Origin: an uncultured Actinomycetota bacterium
GTDB taxonomy: Bacteria; Actinomycetota; Actinomycetes; Actinomycetales; Dermatophilaceae
Direction: 5' to 3'
Assembly: GCA_963709785.1 (NCBI GenBank)
Contig: CAVPXT010000007.1
Coordinates: 137,613 to 201,612, forward strand
Length of the DNA stretch: 64,000 bases
Positions within the stretch are counted from its first letter, which is position 1; each line of letters begins with the position of its first letter. The notes under the pieces were generated by a model. That model was not told the DNA's origin. It was given only the letters and a program-made list of their open reading frames with translations, and did not search any database. Positions 18,895 to 28,132 of the stretch are shown here, in pieces. The position numbers and the translations under genes are program-made.

Positions 18895-19538
18895 TCGGTC
18901 AGCGCGCCACTCGCCCGGTCCATCCTCGGCCCGTGGGCGGGGAGCAGCCCCAGGACGACTCCCAGAGCGCACGCGGCAGCGTGGTAGTTGCCCGCCACGG
19001 CGATCAGCGCGACCGCGGCGAACATCCCCAGGGCCGGCGCCAGGACCCACCGGCGCGCCATGGACAGAAGGGCGTTCGACGCCACCGCGCAGGTGAGCGC
19101 GAGGGTGGCCATCGAGTTCCCACCACCGTCCGGCTGCCACCTGAGGACGAGCAGGTTGGAGCCGACGACTGCCGCCCAGAAGGTCAGCCACGTCCGGCGT
19201 CCACCCCAGTAGGCGGACGCCGTGGTCACGGCGATCGCGAGGATCACGAGGTTCGAGACGGCACCGAAGAGGTCCCCGTCCTGCACCACGGCACTGGTCA
19301 CGAGCCGCCAGAGCTCGCCCTCGCGGATCCGGCCGACGTCGCGCGCGAGCGCGTCGTAGAGCCCGGGCACGGCGAGCTGGAGGAGCGAGGGCACCGCCAC
19401 GGCGAGCCACAACAGCCCGGCGGCAGCGGACGGCCGCGGAGGGCTGGGCTCCCGGCCACGGGCCGACGCCCGGAGGGCGACCAACGCACCGAGCACCACC
19501 ACGACGTAGAACGCCACTCCGACGACGGTCTGACCCAC
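18891..19538 (-). CDS. rhomboid-family membrane protein
   Basis: GELWRLVTSAVVQ motif, GGGNSMA (GxSG-like) and a later His in a TM helix. GTG at 19538 is preferred because the longer ORF would overlap the upstream gene. Confidence 0.6.
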   Translation of the reverse strand: MGQTVVGVAFYVVVVLGALVALRASARGREPSPPRPSAAAGLLWLAVAVPSLLQLAVPGLYDALARDVGRIREGELWRLVTSAVVQDGDLFGAVSNLVILAIAVTTASAYWGGRRTWLTFWAAVVGSNLLVLRWQPDGGGNSMATLALTCAVASNALLSMARRWVLAPALGMFAAVALIAVAGNYHAAACALGVVLGLLPAHGPRMDRASGALTD

Positions 19539-19552
19539 GGGGCCACTCTGCC

Positions 19553-20230
19553 TCAGACGAGGTCGCGGACGTACTCGACGTCGCCGAGGAGCTCCAGCCG
19601 GCGCCACAGGACGCTGCCCGGCACCGCCTGGGTGGCGTGACAGCGCACCGCGTCGAGCTGGCGCGTCCGGTCCACCGCCACGGCCGTGAGCGCCTCACGG
19701 GGGTGCCCGGCGAAGCCGCCACCGGTCTCCGCCCGCAGCGCCGTGGCGACGTCGTCGGGCAGGGCCCACCCGAGTACCGGGGCGCCCAGCCGCTCCCCGA
19801 CGGCGACCGCCGCGAGGGAGGCCACCTCGTGGTCGGCGTGCCCGGTGACGCCGGCCACCGGGTCGAAGACGAGCATCCCGTCGGGCGCGACGCGGCTCAC
19901 CTCCTCGGCCACCTCGTCCTGCAACCCCGCAGGGTCGAGCCCCGACAGGCCCCCGTCGGGGTGCCCGCACAGCGTCGTGTGCTGCACGCCCAGCGCCACG
20001 GCGGCGGAGTGCAGCTCGTCGGCCCGCACCGCCGCGAGGTCGCCCTCGACCTCACCGAGCGTCGAGGCCTCGCCCCGGGTGAGGCACAGGACGGACACCT
20101 CGGCGCCCTCGCGCACGAACCGGTCGAGCAGGGCCCCGAGGCCGAACGACTCGTCGTCGGGGTGGGCCACGACGACGAGCACCCGGCCCCACGGCGGCAG
20201 CCGACCACCCACCTCCCGAGCCGCGCTCAC
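19553..20230 (-). CDS. PIG-L (LmbE) family deacetylase
   Basis: VLVVVAHPDDESFGLG and HADH motifs. Confidence 0.8.
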   Translation of the reverse strand: MSAAREVGGRLPPWGRVLVVVAHPDDESFGLGALLDRFVREGAEVSVLCLTRGEASTLGEVEGDLAAVRADELHSAAVALGVQHTTLCGHPDGGLSGLDPAGLQDEVAEEVSRVAPDGMLVFDPVAGVTGHADHEVASLAAVAVGERLGAPVLGWALPDDVATALRAETGGGFAGHPREALTAVAVDRTRQLDAVRCHATQAVPGSVLWRRLELLGDVEYVRDLV

Positions 20231-21225
20231 TCCGGGACGCAGATCCGGCCGAGGGCGGCGGCGCGCAGGGTCAGCGCCGACACCGCGAGGACCAGCACCG
20301 TGGTGGCCGCGAGGAGCAGCCCCGCGACGACGTCGTAGGCCACCTGGGGCCGCGCCCCGGCCATCGCCACGGCGGCCGCGGAGGCCGCCGCCAGCGGGAA
20401 GGTGTAGGCCCAGTACGGCAGGGCGAACGGGATGCGGCGCAGGCGCCCCACCTGGGTGACGAGCACGGCGACGAACGCCATCGCGGCGGCATACAGCACG
20501 TGCTCGACCGCGTCACCGGTGGCGCCGGTCAGGGACTGCCACGACAGCATGGCCACGGCCGGGGGCGCGATGAAGATCGCGACGGTGGGCAGCAGCTTCT
20601 CCGGCAGGACCGAGGCGTCGAGGAGGACCCGCTGGAGCAGCAGCGGGAGCAGCCCGAGCCAGAAGACGACGCCGACCCCGAAGGCGAACCAGCCGAGCTC
20701 GACCGAGCCGATCTCGGGCGCCGCGAGCGGTGTGACGACGTTGCCGACCACCGGGATGAACCACGCCGGGGTCACGGTGCCGTGGACGATGTCGGTCCGG
20801 CCGAACCAGGCACTGACCACCGCCAGGGTCGCGACCAGGTGCCCCACGGCGCCCACCCACCACAGCACCGAGGCCACACCCGGCGCGACCGACTGGCCGG
20901 CCGTCGCGAGGACGAGGAGCGAGACGGTCACGGTCGGCGCGAAGGTCATCCGCACCGGGTGCCGCAGCTCGGCCCGTGCTGCGGCCGGGAAGCGGGCCCA
21001 CTTGACGAGGTACGCCCCGCCGACGACGAGGAAGGCCGCCACCGCGAGCGCGAGGAAGACCAGGGCCGGCCACTCCGGGACGTCCCACACCCGGCTCGCA
21101 CGCCGCCACGCGAGCGAGACGCCGCCGATCCCCATGACGGACGAGAAGAGGGTCACCGGCAGGTGCGCGAGCGAGCGCTCGACGGCGCCGGACCGGTCCG
21201 TCACCACCTCGGCCCGGGTGCTCAT
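20227..21225 (-). CDS. TehA/SLAC1/Mae1 (TDT) family anion channel, possible sulfite/tellurite exporter
   Basis: 10-TM-like sequence MSTRAEVV...HLPVTLFSSVMGIGGVSLAW. ATG at 21225 overlaps the peroxiredoxin stop (ATGA). The rest of ORF 20227..21825 is an artefact. Confidence 0.8.
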   Translation of the reverse strand: MSTRAEVVTDRSGAVERSLAHLPVTLFSSVMGIGGVSLAWRRASRVWDVPEWPALVFLALAVAAFLVVGGAYLVKWARFPAAARAELRHPVRMTFAPTVTVSLLVLATAGQSVAPGVASVLWWVGAVGHLVATLAVVSAWFGRTDIVHGTVTPAWFIPVVGNVVTPLAAPEIGSVELGWFAFGVGVVFWLGLLPLLLQRVLLDASVLPEKLLPTVAIFIAPPAVAMLSWQSLTGATGDAVEHVLYAAAMAFVAVLVTQVGRLRRIPFALPYWAYTFPLAAASAAAVAMAGARPQVAYDVVAGLLLAATTVLVLAVSALTLRAAALGRICVPE

Positions 21226-21968
21226 GACCCGGTGCGGATGGCTGCCTCGACGGAGTCGGCGGACAGCTCCTTGGTGCAGAAGAACCAGTCGACGCACTCC
21301 ACGCCCTCCTCCGGCTCCTCCATCCGGTCCTTCGCGGTGCCGCACGAGCCGGCCGGCGGCACGATGACCCGCTCGCCGGGGCGCCAGTCGGCCGGGGTCG
21401 CGACGTCGAACGCGTCCGCGGTCTGGAGCGCCTTGACCACCCGGAGCAGCTCGTCGAAGTTCCGGCCGAGGCTCAGCGGGTAGTAGATGATCGTCCGGAT
21501 GATGCCGGCGGGGTCGATGACGAAGACCGCGCGGACCGCCTTGGTGGTGTCCTCCCCGGGCATGATCATCCCGTACTTGCGCGCGACCTCCATCGAGACG
21601 TCGTCGATGAGCGGGAAGGTCACCTCGACGTCCTTCATGTCGCGGAAGACCATCGTGTCCTTGATCGTCCGCAGCCAGGCGATGTGGCTGTAGAGGCCGT
21701 CGATGGAGAGCCCGACGAGATCGGTGTTGTACGCGGCGAACTCGGACTGCATCGACGCGAAGGTCATGAACTCCGTCGTGCACACGGGCGTGAAGTCGGC
21801 GGGGTGCGAGAAGAGGATCACCCACCGACCGGCGTGGTCCCCGGGGAAGCTGATCGGCCCCTGGGTCGTCTGCGCGGTGAACTCCGGGGCGGGGTCGCCG
21901 ATGCGGGGCATCGTCGTGGGTGCCGCCGTGGGCGTGGTCTCGATGACGGTCATGCTGTTCTCCTCCAT
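21222..21968 (-). CDS. peroxiredoxin (Prx6-like 1-Cys type) with Cys-containing C-terminal extension
   Basis: FSHPADFTPVCTTE peroxidatic-Cys motif. C-terminal PPAGSCGTAKDRMEEPEEGVECVDWFFC. Alternative start at 21953. Confidence 0.9.
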   Translation of the reverse strand: MEENSMTVIETTPTAAPTTMPRIGDPAPEFTAQTTQGPISFPGDHAGRWVILFSHPADFTPVCTTEFMTFASMQSEFAAYNTDLVGLSIDGLYSHIAWLRTIKDTMVFRDMKDVEVTFPLIDDVSMEVARKYGMIMPGEDTTKAVRAVFVIDPAGIIRTIIYYPLSLGRNFDELLRVVKALQTADAFDVATPADWRPGERVIVPPAGSCGTAKDRMEEPEEGVECVDWFFCTKELSADSVEAAIRTGS

Positions 21969-21997
21969 GGTCGGGCTCTCGGTCTGGTCCTGATTCT

Positions 21998-22013
21998 ATA
22001 CCCCCCTGGGTAT
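21998..22013. promoter_or_regulatory. CsoR/CstR-type operator-like palindrome ATACCCCCCTGGGTAT (site 3 of 8)
   Basis: 30 bp upstream of the peroxiredoxin start. Extended form is TATACCCCCCTGGGTATA. Confidence 0.6.
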
Positions 22014-22017
22014 ACGC

Positions 22018-23358
22018 TCAGCGGCACCCGCACCGCTCCGGCACCGCCCGTCGCCCGGCGCCGCCCTCGTCGAGCACCCCGACCCAGTGGGCCCGGGACC
22101 ACACGACGACGGGGGCCCTGCCCCGCACCGAGGCGCAGACCCACGCGGCCGTCATCACCCCGACGTCGCCGACGTGGCCGATGCGGAACAGCGACGTGGT
22201 CTCGGTGACCGCCGCGCCCTCCCCCGCGCGCAGGACGGTCCGCACCTCCGGCGCGACGGCCAGGGCGTTGATGGCGACGGCGACGTTGTCGAGGTCCTCC
22301 GAGCCCATGGCAGCGACGGCCGTCGCCCGCTCGACACCGACCCGGATGAGGACCGAGCGAGCGCTGGCGTCGCCGATGACGACGGGGAGCCGGCTCTCCC
22401 GGGCCGCCGCGAGGTTCGGCGCGTGCTCGGCCCGTTCGACGACGACGACCGGGACCCGGAGGGCGCGCAGCAGCTGGGCGACGCGCAGCCCCACCTGGCC
22501 GAGGCCGGCGACCACGACGTGGTCCCGACGCGGCACGCGTCGGGGCCCGACGAGCGCGGCCGTGCGGGCCCCGACGATCCAGTCGACGAGGCCCGCGACG
22601 AGGGCGCCGGTGAAGGCGATGCCGACGAGCATCAGCACCCCCGAGACCCCGAGGTACCAGCCGGGGGCGCCGTGCACCTCCGCCTCCCCGGGACCGACCG
22701 TCGCGACGAGTCGCGCCGAGGTGTAGAAGCCCTCGACGAGCCCCTCGTGGAGGACGACCGCGGCGAGGACCCACTCGATGCCGATGGTCGCGAGGAGCCC
22801 GCCGAGCCCGAGCAGGAGGATCCCCTCGGAGCCACCGTGCCGGCGGGGCAGCCAGCGGCCGACCCGTCGGCCCCATCCGTCCGGGTCAGGGGCCGAGGCC
22901 CGCAGCGCGACCCCCTCGTCGGTCTCGACGAGCTCGCGGACGCCCTCGGCCCCGGCGAGCACCGCGAGCACCTCGGGCCGCACGCACGCGGCGACGATGG
23001 CCGGGGCCGCCACATCGGCCGGTGAGGTCACCGTGCACCGGGGGAGCACCTCGGCGAGGTGCCGGCCGAGGGTGCGGTCGAAGATCGTCACGACGATCGG
23101 GACGCCGGGCTGGAGGTGCTCGACGAGGAGCGCGAAGCGCAGGGCCGGGAGGTCACCCCGGACCACGACGGCCACTCCGGCGACCGGGCGCTCGAGCGCC
23201 GCACGCAGGGCGGCCTCCTCCGGCTCGAGGAGGTGGACGACGTCGACCCCCTCGTCGCGCAGGAGGGCGCAGACGAGACGGGTGGCCTCGAGGTCGCCGA
23301 TGACGAGGGTGCGGGACGGGGCCACGAGCACCTCCGGGGCGACGGGCGTATCCGCCAC
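22018..23358 (-). CDS. potassium-channel-like protein: 2-TM pore region flanked by TrkA-N/RCK NAD-binding domains
   Basis: GLGQVGLRVAQLL Rossmann motif, central TM pair with pore-loop-like ATVGPGE, and a second RCK-like N-terminal domain. GTG at 23358 is chosen so the CDS does not run through the operators (alternative GTG at 23400). Confidence 0.65.
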   Translation of the reverse strand: MADTPVAPEVLVAPSRTLVIGDLEATRLVCALLRDEGVDVVHLLEPEEAALRAALERPVAGVAVVVRGDLPALRFALLVEHLQPGVPIVVTIFDRTLGRHLAEVLPRCTVTSPADVAAPAIVAACVRPEVLAVLAGAEGVRELVETDEGVALRASAPDPDGWGRRVGRWLPRRHGGSEGILLLGLGGLLATIGIEWVLAAVVLHEGLVEGFYTSARLVATVGPGEAEVHGAPGWYLGVSGVLMLVGIAFTGALVAGLVDWIVGARTAALVGPRRVPRRDHVVVAGLGQVGLRVAQLLRALRVPVVVVERAEHAPNLAAARESRLPVVIGDASARSVLIRVGVERATAVAAMGSEDLDNVAVAINALAVAPEVRTVLRAGEGAAVTETTSLFRIGHVGDVGVMTAAWVCASVRGRAPVVVWSRAHWVGVLDEGGAGRRAVPERCGCR

Positions 23359-23442
23359 GGGGAGAACGGCTCCCGCCGGGCACGGCGCCGGGCAGACCAC
23401 CCGGCCCGACGCCGTGGGTCCGGCCGGACACGGTCCGAGCCT

Positions 23443-23458
23443 ATACCCCCAGAGGTAT
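23443..23458. promoter_or_regulatory. operator-like palindrome ATACCCCCAGAGGTAT (site 4 of 8, 1 mismatch)
   Basis: In the divergent region between the channel-like gene and SQR. Confidence 0.5.
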
Positions 23459-23489
23459 TTCGGGATATGACCTCCGCCACGTCGACAGG

Positions 23490-23505
23490 ACACCCCCCCG
23501 GGTAT
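23490..23505. promoter_or_regulatory. operator-like palindrome ACACCCCCCCGGGTAT (site 5 of 8, 1 mismatch)
   Basis: 42 bp upstream of the SQR start and 47 bp from site 4. Confidence 0.45.
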
Positions 23506-23546
23506 ACGGTGAGAAGTACCACCCACTCGTCGAAGGAGACGTCCCC

Positions 23547-25004
23547 ATGGCCGATGTCGTCGTTCTGGGCGCCGGCGTGGCCGGGCACACTGCCGCGCTG
23601 CACCTCAGTCGCCTGCTGCCCAAGGGCCACACGGTGACGGTGGTGTCGCCGAACTCCCACTGGAACTGGATCCCGAGCAACATCTGGGTGGGGGTCGGGA
23701 AGATGGGGAAGAAGGACGTCGTCTTCCCGCTCGAGCCGGTGTACCGGCGCAAGGGGATCCGTTTCGTCCAGGCGAAGGCCGTCGCGATCCGTCCCGACGG
23801 GGACGCGGACGACGAGCGCGGCGCCGTCGACGTCGTCCACACGAGCCCCGACCGCGACGGCGAGGAGCAGCGGCTCCGCTACGACTACCTGGTCAACGCC
23901 ACCGGGCCGCAGCTGCGGTTCGGGATGACGGAGGGACTCGGCCCGGACGAGGGCCACACCGTCTCCGTGTGCACCGCCGACCATGCCGTCCACGCCGCCG
24001 ACGCGCTCCGCGCGAGCATCGACCGGATGCGCGCCGGCGAGCGCCAGACCCTCGTCGTCGGGATGGGTCACGGGACCTGCACCTGCGAGGGCGCCGCGTT
24101 CGAGTACGTCTTCAACGTCGACCACGAGCTGCGCGAGGCCGGGGTGCGCGACCTGGCCCGGCTCGTCTACCTCACGAACGAGGCCGCCCTCGGCGACTTC
24201 GGCGTCGACGGGATGACCTTCGCCGAGCGGGGGTTCGAGACGACCTCCGAGCTCTGGACCGGCAGCCTCTTCCGCGAGCGCGGCGTGGAGGCGGTCCTCG
24301 GCGCGCACGTCCACCGCGTGGAGCCCGGGGTCGTCCACTACGAGACCCTCGACGGCGAGATGCACGAGCTCGCGTTCGACTTCGGGATGCTCCTGCCGCC
24401 TTTCGGCGGCGTCCCGCTCGCGGCGTACGACCGCGACGGCGAGGACGTCACGGATCGTCTCTTCGCCCCCAGCGGGTTCATGCGGGTGGACGCGGACTAC
24501 ACCGCCAAGCCCTACGAGGACTGGCGTGGTGACGACTGGCCACGCACCTACCTCGCCCCCGGCTACGAGAACATCTTCGCCGTCGGCATCGCCTTCGCTC
24601 CCCCGCACCAGATCTCCCGACCGCGCAAGAGCCCCAACGGCACGGTCATCGCTCCGTCCCCACCCCGGACGGGGATGCCGTCCGGCGTCATGGGCAAGAC
24701 GGCCGCCATGACCATCAACGACCGGATCCGCACGGGAGCCGCCGCCCCGGCCCACGAGGCGTCGATGGCCCGGATGGGCGCGGCGTGCGTCGCCTCCGCG
24801 GGAAGCGGGATGCGCCGCGGCTCGGCCGCCGCGATGACGATGATGCCCGTCGTCCCCGACTACTCCCGCTACCCGACCGGACGCGACCTCGAGGACACCC
24901 GCGGCGAGATCGGGCTCTCCGGCCACTGGGTCAAGCTCATGCTCCACCACCTCTTCATCCACAAGGCCAAGGGCCGCCTCGGCTGGCAGCTGATCCCGGA
25001 ATGA
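23547..25004 (+). CDS. sulfide:quinone oxidoreductase-like FAD-dependent pyridine nucleotide-disulfide oxidoreductase
   Basis: VVVLGAGVAGHTAA FAD fold, NSHWNWIPSNIWVG, conserved Cys regions GTCTCEGAAFEY and GAACVASAG. AAGGAG RBS. Confidence 0.8.
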   Translation: MADVVVLGAGVAGHTAALHLSRLLPKGHTVTVVSPNSHWNWIPSNIWVGVGKMGKKDVVFPLEPVYRRKGIRFVQAKAVAIRPDGDADDERGAVDVVHTSPDRDGEEQRLRYDYLVNATGPQLRFGMTEGLGPDEGHTVSVCTADHAVHAADALRASIDRMRAGERQTLVVGMGHGTCTCEGAAFEYVFNVDHELREAGVRDLARLVYLTNEAALGDFGVDGMTFAERGFETTSELWTGSLFRERGVEAVLGAHVHRVEPGVVHYETLDGEMHELAFDFGMLLPPFGGVPLAAYDRDGEDVTDRLFAPSGFMRVDADYTAKPYEDWRGDDWPRTYLAPGYENIFAVGIAFAPPHQISRPRKSPNGTVIAPSPPRTGMPSGVMGKTAAMTINDRIRTGAAAPAHEASMARMGAACVASAGSGMRRGSAAAMTMMPVVPDYSRYPTGRDLEDTRGEIGLSGHWVKLMLHHLFIHKAKGRLGWQLIPE

Positions 25005-25165
25005 GCACCATGGACGAGAACCCCCAGCCGGTCGCCGACCTCTCGCGCGCCCCGCTGCCCACCGAGGGCACCCTGCGGAAGCGCCGCAGCCTCCCGCTGC
25101 AGGCCGTGCGCTTCGCGGCCTTCAACCTCCGGATCATGCGGATGGTCCTCAAGGGCCACCACTGA
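25001..25165 (+). CDS. small hypothetical protein (54 aa) translationally coupled to SQR
   Basis: ATGA overlap with the SQR stop. MSTMDENPQPVADLSRAPLPTEGTLRKRRSLPLQAVRFAAFNLRIMRMVLKGHH has an amphipathic basic C-terminus. No recognisable family. Confidence 0.45.
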   Translation: MSTMDENPQPVADLSRAPLPTEGTLRKRRSLPLQAVRFAAFNLRIMRMVLKGHH

Positions 25166-25202
25166 CGGCCGGCACACCGGACCCGTCGGCCACACTGGGG
25201 CC

Positions 25203-25835
25203 ATGGGACCTGGCCGCTGGTGGGATGAACGCGCCCTCCCCCGGCTCACGCAGCGGAGCTGCCAGGGGCCGGACGCCGAGCGCTGGCGCCGCCCCCTGTG
25301 CGCCGGGGCGCAGGGTGTCGTGCTCGACATCGGCTTCGGGTCCGGCCCGAACCTCCCGTTCTACCCGGAGGCCGTGACCCGCGTGCTCGCCGCCGAGCCC
25401 TCCGACCTCGCGTGGGAGCTCGCCGCGGACCGGGTCGCCGCCTTCGGCCGCCCGGTGGAGCGGGTCTCCCTCGACGCCGCCGACCTCTCGTCCCTGGCCG
25501 ACGACTCGGTCGACACCGCCGTCACCGCCTGGGTGCTCTGCACCGTGCCCGACCTGGAGGGCGCCCTGGCCGAGGCACGCCGCGTCCTACGCCCGGGCGG
25601 CGAGCTGCGCTTCGTCGAGCACTCCCTCGCCCCGGACGCCGGGACCGCCCGCTGGCAGCGCCGCGTCCAGCCGCTCTGGGGACGCGTCGCGGGCGGGTGC
25701 CACGTGGACCGCGACCTCCCCCGCCTCGTCGAGACCGCGGGGTTCGACATCGAGCTCGGGCAGAGCCGCTACGTCGCGGCCGGCCCGTTCCGGGTCTGGG
25801 GCTGGTTCGTCGCCGGCACGGCCCGTCCGGCCTGA
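25203..25835 (+). CDS. class I SAM-dependent methyltransferase
   Basis: Motif I VLDIGFGSGPN and post-I/II RVLRPGGELRFVEH. Confidence 0.8.
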   Translation: MGPGRWWDERALPRLTQRSCQGPDAERWRRPLCAGAQGVVLDIGFGSGPNLPFYPEAVTRVLAAEPSDLAWELAADRVAAFGRPVERVSLDAADLSSLADDSVDTAVTAWVLCTVPDLEGALAEARRVLRPGGELRFVEHSLAPDAGTARWQRRVQPLWGRVAGGCHVDRDLPRLVETAGFDIELGQSRYVAAGPFRVWGWFVAGTARPA

Positions 25836-26099
25836 GAGCGCTCGCCGTTTCGACGTGGTCCGCGATCTGGGCGTCGCGCTGTCGGCCGCCGTCGACACCG
25901 GGCAACGGCGTTGCGCCGGGGTGCCCCAGACCGCCCAGAGAGGGCTACCCCGCCTGCACCCCGTCGAGTGAACAGAACACGCCGCCTGGGGGCCCCCGCA
26001 GACGGCGTGTCCTACTCACTCGACTCGACGGGCCGAGGCACTCCGCCGCAAATAGGGTCGGCACGGTGCGACATTCGAGGCCGTGCCTACGCTGTCGAG

Positions 26100-26462
26100 G
26101 TGTCCAGAGTCCACAGGACCGTTGACTGCATCGAGCGTCTGTACGTCACTGGACACGGTGACGTGCTCGAGAATGTCGAGGCCCTCTTCTGCGAGGACGT
26201 CGAGTACCACGCGGCCGGGGACACGCTGACGCGTGACGACCTCGTGGCGATGGGCTGGGCTGTGCGTGAGAGTCCTCGAGGGGGTCGCACGGTGGAGGCG
26301 TCCCGGTTTCGTGAGGAGTGGGACGCCGTGTCCGGGCATCTGTCGGCGGTGCTGCCCGGGTGGGGTGAGGGTGGCGCCGAGGTCACCCAGGAGGGCGATC
26401 TCGTTGCGCGGATCGCGAAGGACGGCAGAAGTCGCGAGGTGTGGTCGTCGGGCTCTGGGTGA
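26100..26462 (+). CDS. hypothetical protein (possibly NTF2/SnoaL-like)
   Basis: Only the distal part of ORF 25911..26462 looks coding. Lies in a locally lower-GC stretch. Weak call. Confidence 0.3.
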   Translation: MSRVHRTVDCIERLYVTGHGDVLENVEALFCEDVEYHAAGDTLTRDDLVAMGWAVRESPRGGRTVEASRFREEWDAVSGHLSAVLPGWGEGGAEVTQEGDLVARIAKDGRSREVWSSGSG

Positions 26463-26543
26463 CGACCCGCGGCAGGCCGGCAGAGGGGTCCACCCCGGCC
26501 CTTGCATCCGGGGGCTGCTCGGGCCGGACAACTCGGCGGTAAC

Positions 26544-27095
26544 GTGCGGCGGGTGCGGATCGTCGTCTCCGGGACCCACGCGAGCGGCAAGAGCACTGTC
26601 GTGTCCGACTTCGCCCTGGCACACCGGCGCTTTCAGGTACTGCCCGACCCGTTCGACCTCGTTGACGCGCTCGACCCCGGTTCTGCGGCCTCGTTCCACG
26701 AGCAGCTCATCCTGTCCGCGGAACGGTTGACGGTCCTGCCACGAGGGGCCGAGGTGATCGCCGAACGCGGTCCGCTGGACTTCCTTGCCTATCTTGAAGC
26801 CCTCGAGGCGCTGGGACGTGCGAGCGTGTCCGGGCCGGCCCTCCACGATCTGCGGGCGACCACCGCCGACGCGTTGGGGAGCGTGGACGTCCTGGCGGTT
26901 CTGCCGCTCTCCGGGCTGGAGGGGGTCTGGGTGCCCGAGGACGAGGATCCGCAGCTGCGCAGCACGATGGACGAACGCCTCCTCGACCTGTGCGACGACG
27001 CCGAGCTGGTGGGGCGGATCGGCCGCATCGTGGAGCTCACGGGGACCCCCGAGGAGCGGCTCACCTGCTTGACCACACAGGTGGACGGGGACTGA
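26544..27095 (+). CDS. P-loop ATPase (AAA_28/NadR-like small kinase fold)
   Basis: GTG at 26544: VRRVRIVVSGTHASGKSTVV Walker A, then a later hydrophobic strand + acidic (VLAVLPL...VPEDED). Confidence 0.65.
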   Translation: MRRVRIVVSGTHASGKSTVVSDFALAHRRFQVLPDPFDLVDALDPGSAASFHEQLILSAERLTVLPRGAEVIAERGPLDFLAYLEALEALGRASVSGPALHDLRATTADALGSVDVLAVLPLSGLEGVWVPEDEDPQLRSTMDERLLDLCDDAELVGRIGRIVELTGTPEERLTCLTTQVDGD

Positions 27096-27164
27096 CGAAC
27101 CGCCCGGCCGGCCGGTGACCGGGCGGCCCGGGACACACCGCTGGAGGATGCGGTCCAGGGTCCG

Positions 27165-28076
27165 TCACTGGAACACGCCGCTGGAGAGGTACCGGTCGCC
27201 GCGGTCGCAGACCACGAAGACGATCGTGGCCCCCTCGACCTCCTGGGCCACCTGCAGGGCGGTCCAGCAGGCGCCGGCCGCGGAGGGACCACCGAAGATG
27301 CCCTCCTCCCGGGCCAGCCGGCGTGCCATCTCCTCGGCGTCGGCCTGGGTGACCTCCACGGTCCGGTCCACCGCCGACGGGTCGAAGATCCTCGGCACGT
27401 ACTCCGGTGGCCAGGCGCGGATCCCGGGGATCTTCGAGCCCGCCGCGGGCTGTGCCCCGACGACCTGGACGCCGGGGTTGCGCGACTTCAGGAACCGCGA
27501 GACCCCCGTGATCGTGCCGGTGGTGCCCATCGCGGACACGAAGTGCGTGATCCGCCCGTCGGTCTGGCGCCACAGCTCCGGTCCGGTCCCGTCCTCGTGG
27601 GCACGGGGGTTGTCCGGGTTGCCGAACTGGTCCAGGACCCGGCCGCGCCCCTCCCGCTCCATCCGCGTCACGACGTCGCGGGCCTCTTCCATGCCGCCAC
27701 CCGCCGGGGTGAGAACGAGTTCGGCTCCGTACGCCTTCATCGTCCGGATCCGCTCGGTGGAGGCGTCCTCGGGCATCACGAGGACCAACCGGTAGCCGCT
27801 GATCGCCGCCGCCATCGCCAAGCCGATCCCGGTGTTGCCCGACGTGGCTTCCAGCAGGGTGTCGCCGGGTGAGATCTCGCCTCGCGCCTCCGCGCCACGG
27901 ATCATGCTGATCGCCGGCCGGTCCTTGACCGAGCCCGCCGGGTTGTTCCCCTCGAGCTTGGCGAGCAGCACGTTGCCGCGGCGTTCGTTCTCAGGCCCGG
28001 GCAGGCGCTGCAGACGCACCAGCGGGGTGTCACCGATGACGTCCTCCATCGTGGGGTACGCCGGAGGGTGGCTCAC
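27165..28076 (-). CDS. cysM: cysteine synthase B-type PLP enzyme
   Basis: LEGNNPAGSVKDRPAISMI (PLP-Lys), TSGNTGIGLAMAA, GTTGTITG. Confidence 0.85.
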   Translation of the reverse strand: MSHPPAYPTMEDVIGDTPLVRLQRLPGPENERRGNVLLAKLEGNNPAGSVKDRPAISMIRGAEARGEISPGDTLLEATSGNTGIGLAMAAAISGYRLVLVMPEDASTERIRTMKAYGAELVLTPAGGGMEEARDVVTRMEREGRGRVLDQFGNPDNPRAHEDGTGPELWRQTDGRITHFVSAMGTTGTITGVSRFLKSRNPGVQVVGAQPAAGSKIPGIRAWPPEYVPRIFDPSAVDRTVEVTQADAEEMARRLAREEGIFGGPSAAGACWTALQVAQEVEGATIVFVVCDRGDRYLSSGVFQ

Positions 28077-28132
28077 ACGCCGGAGTGTACGGCGGTGCTC
28101 GGGCGGGACCCCCTGGCCCTCGCTGACCTCGG

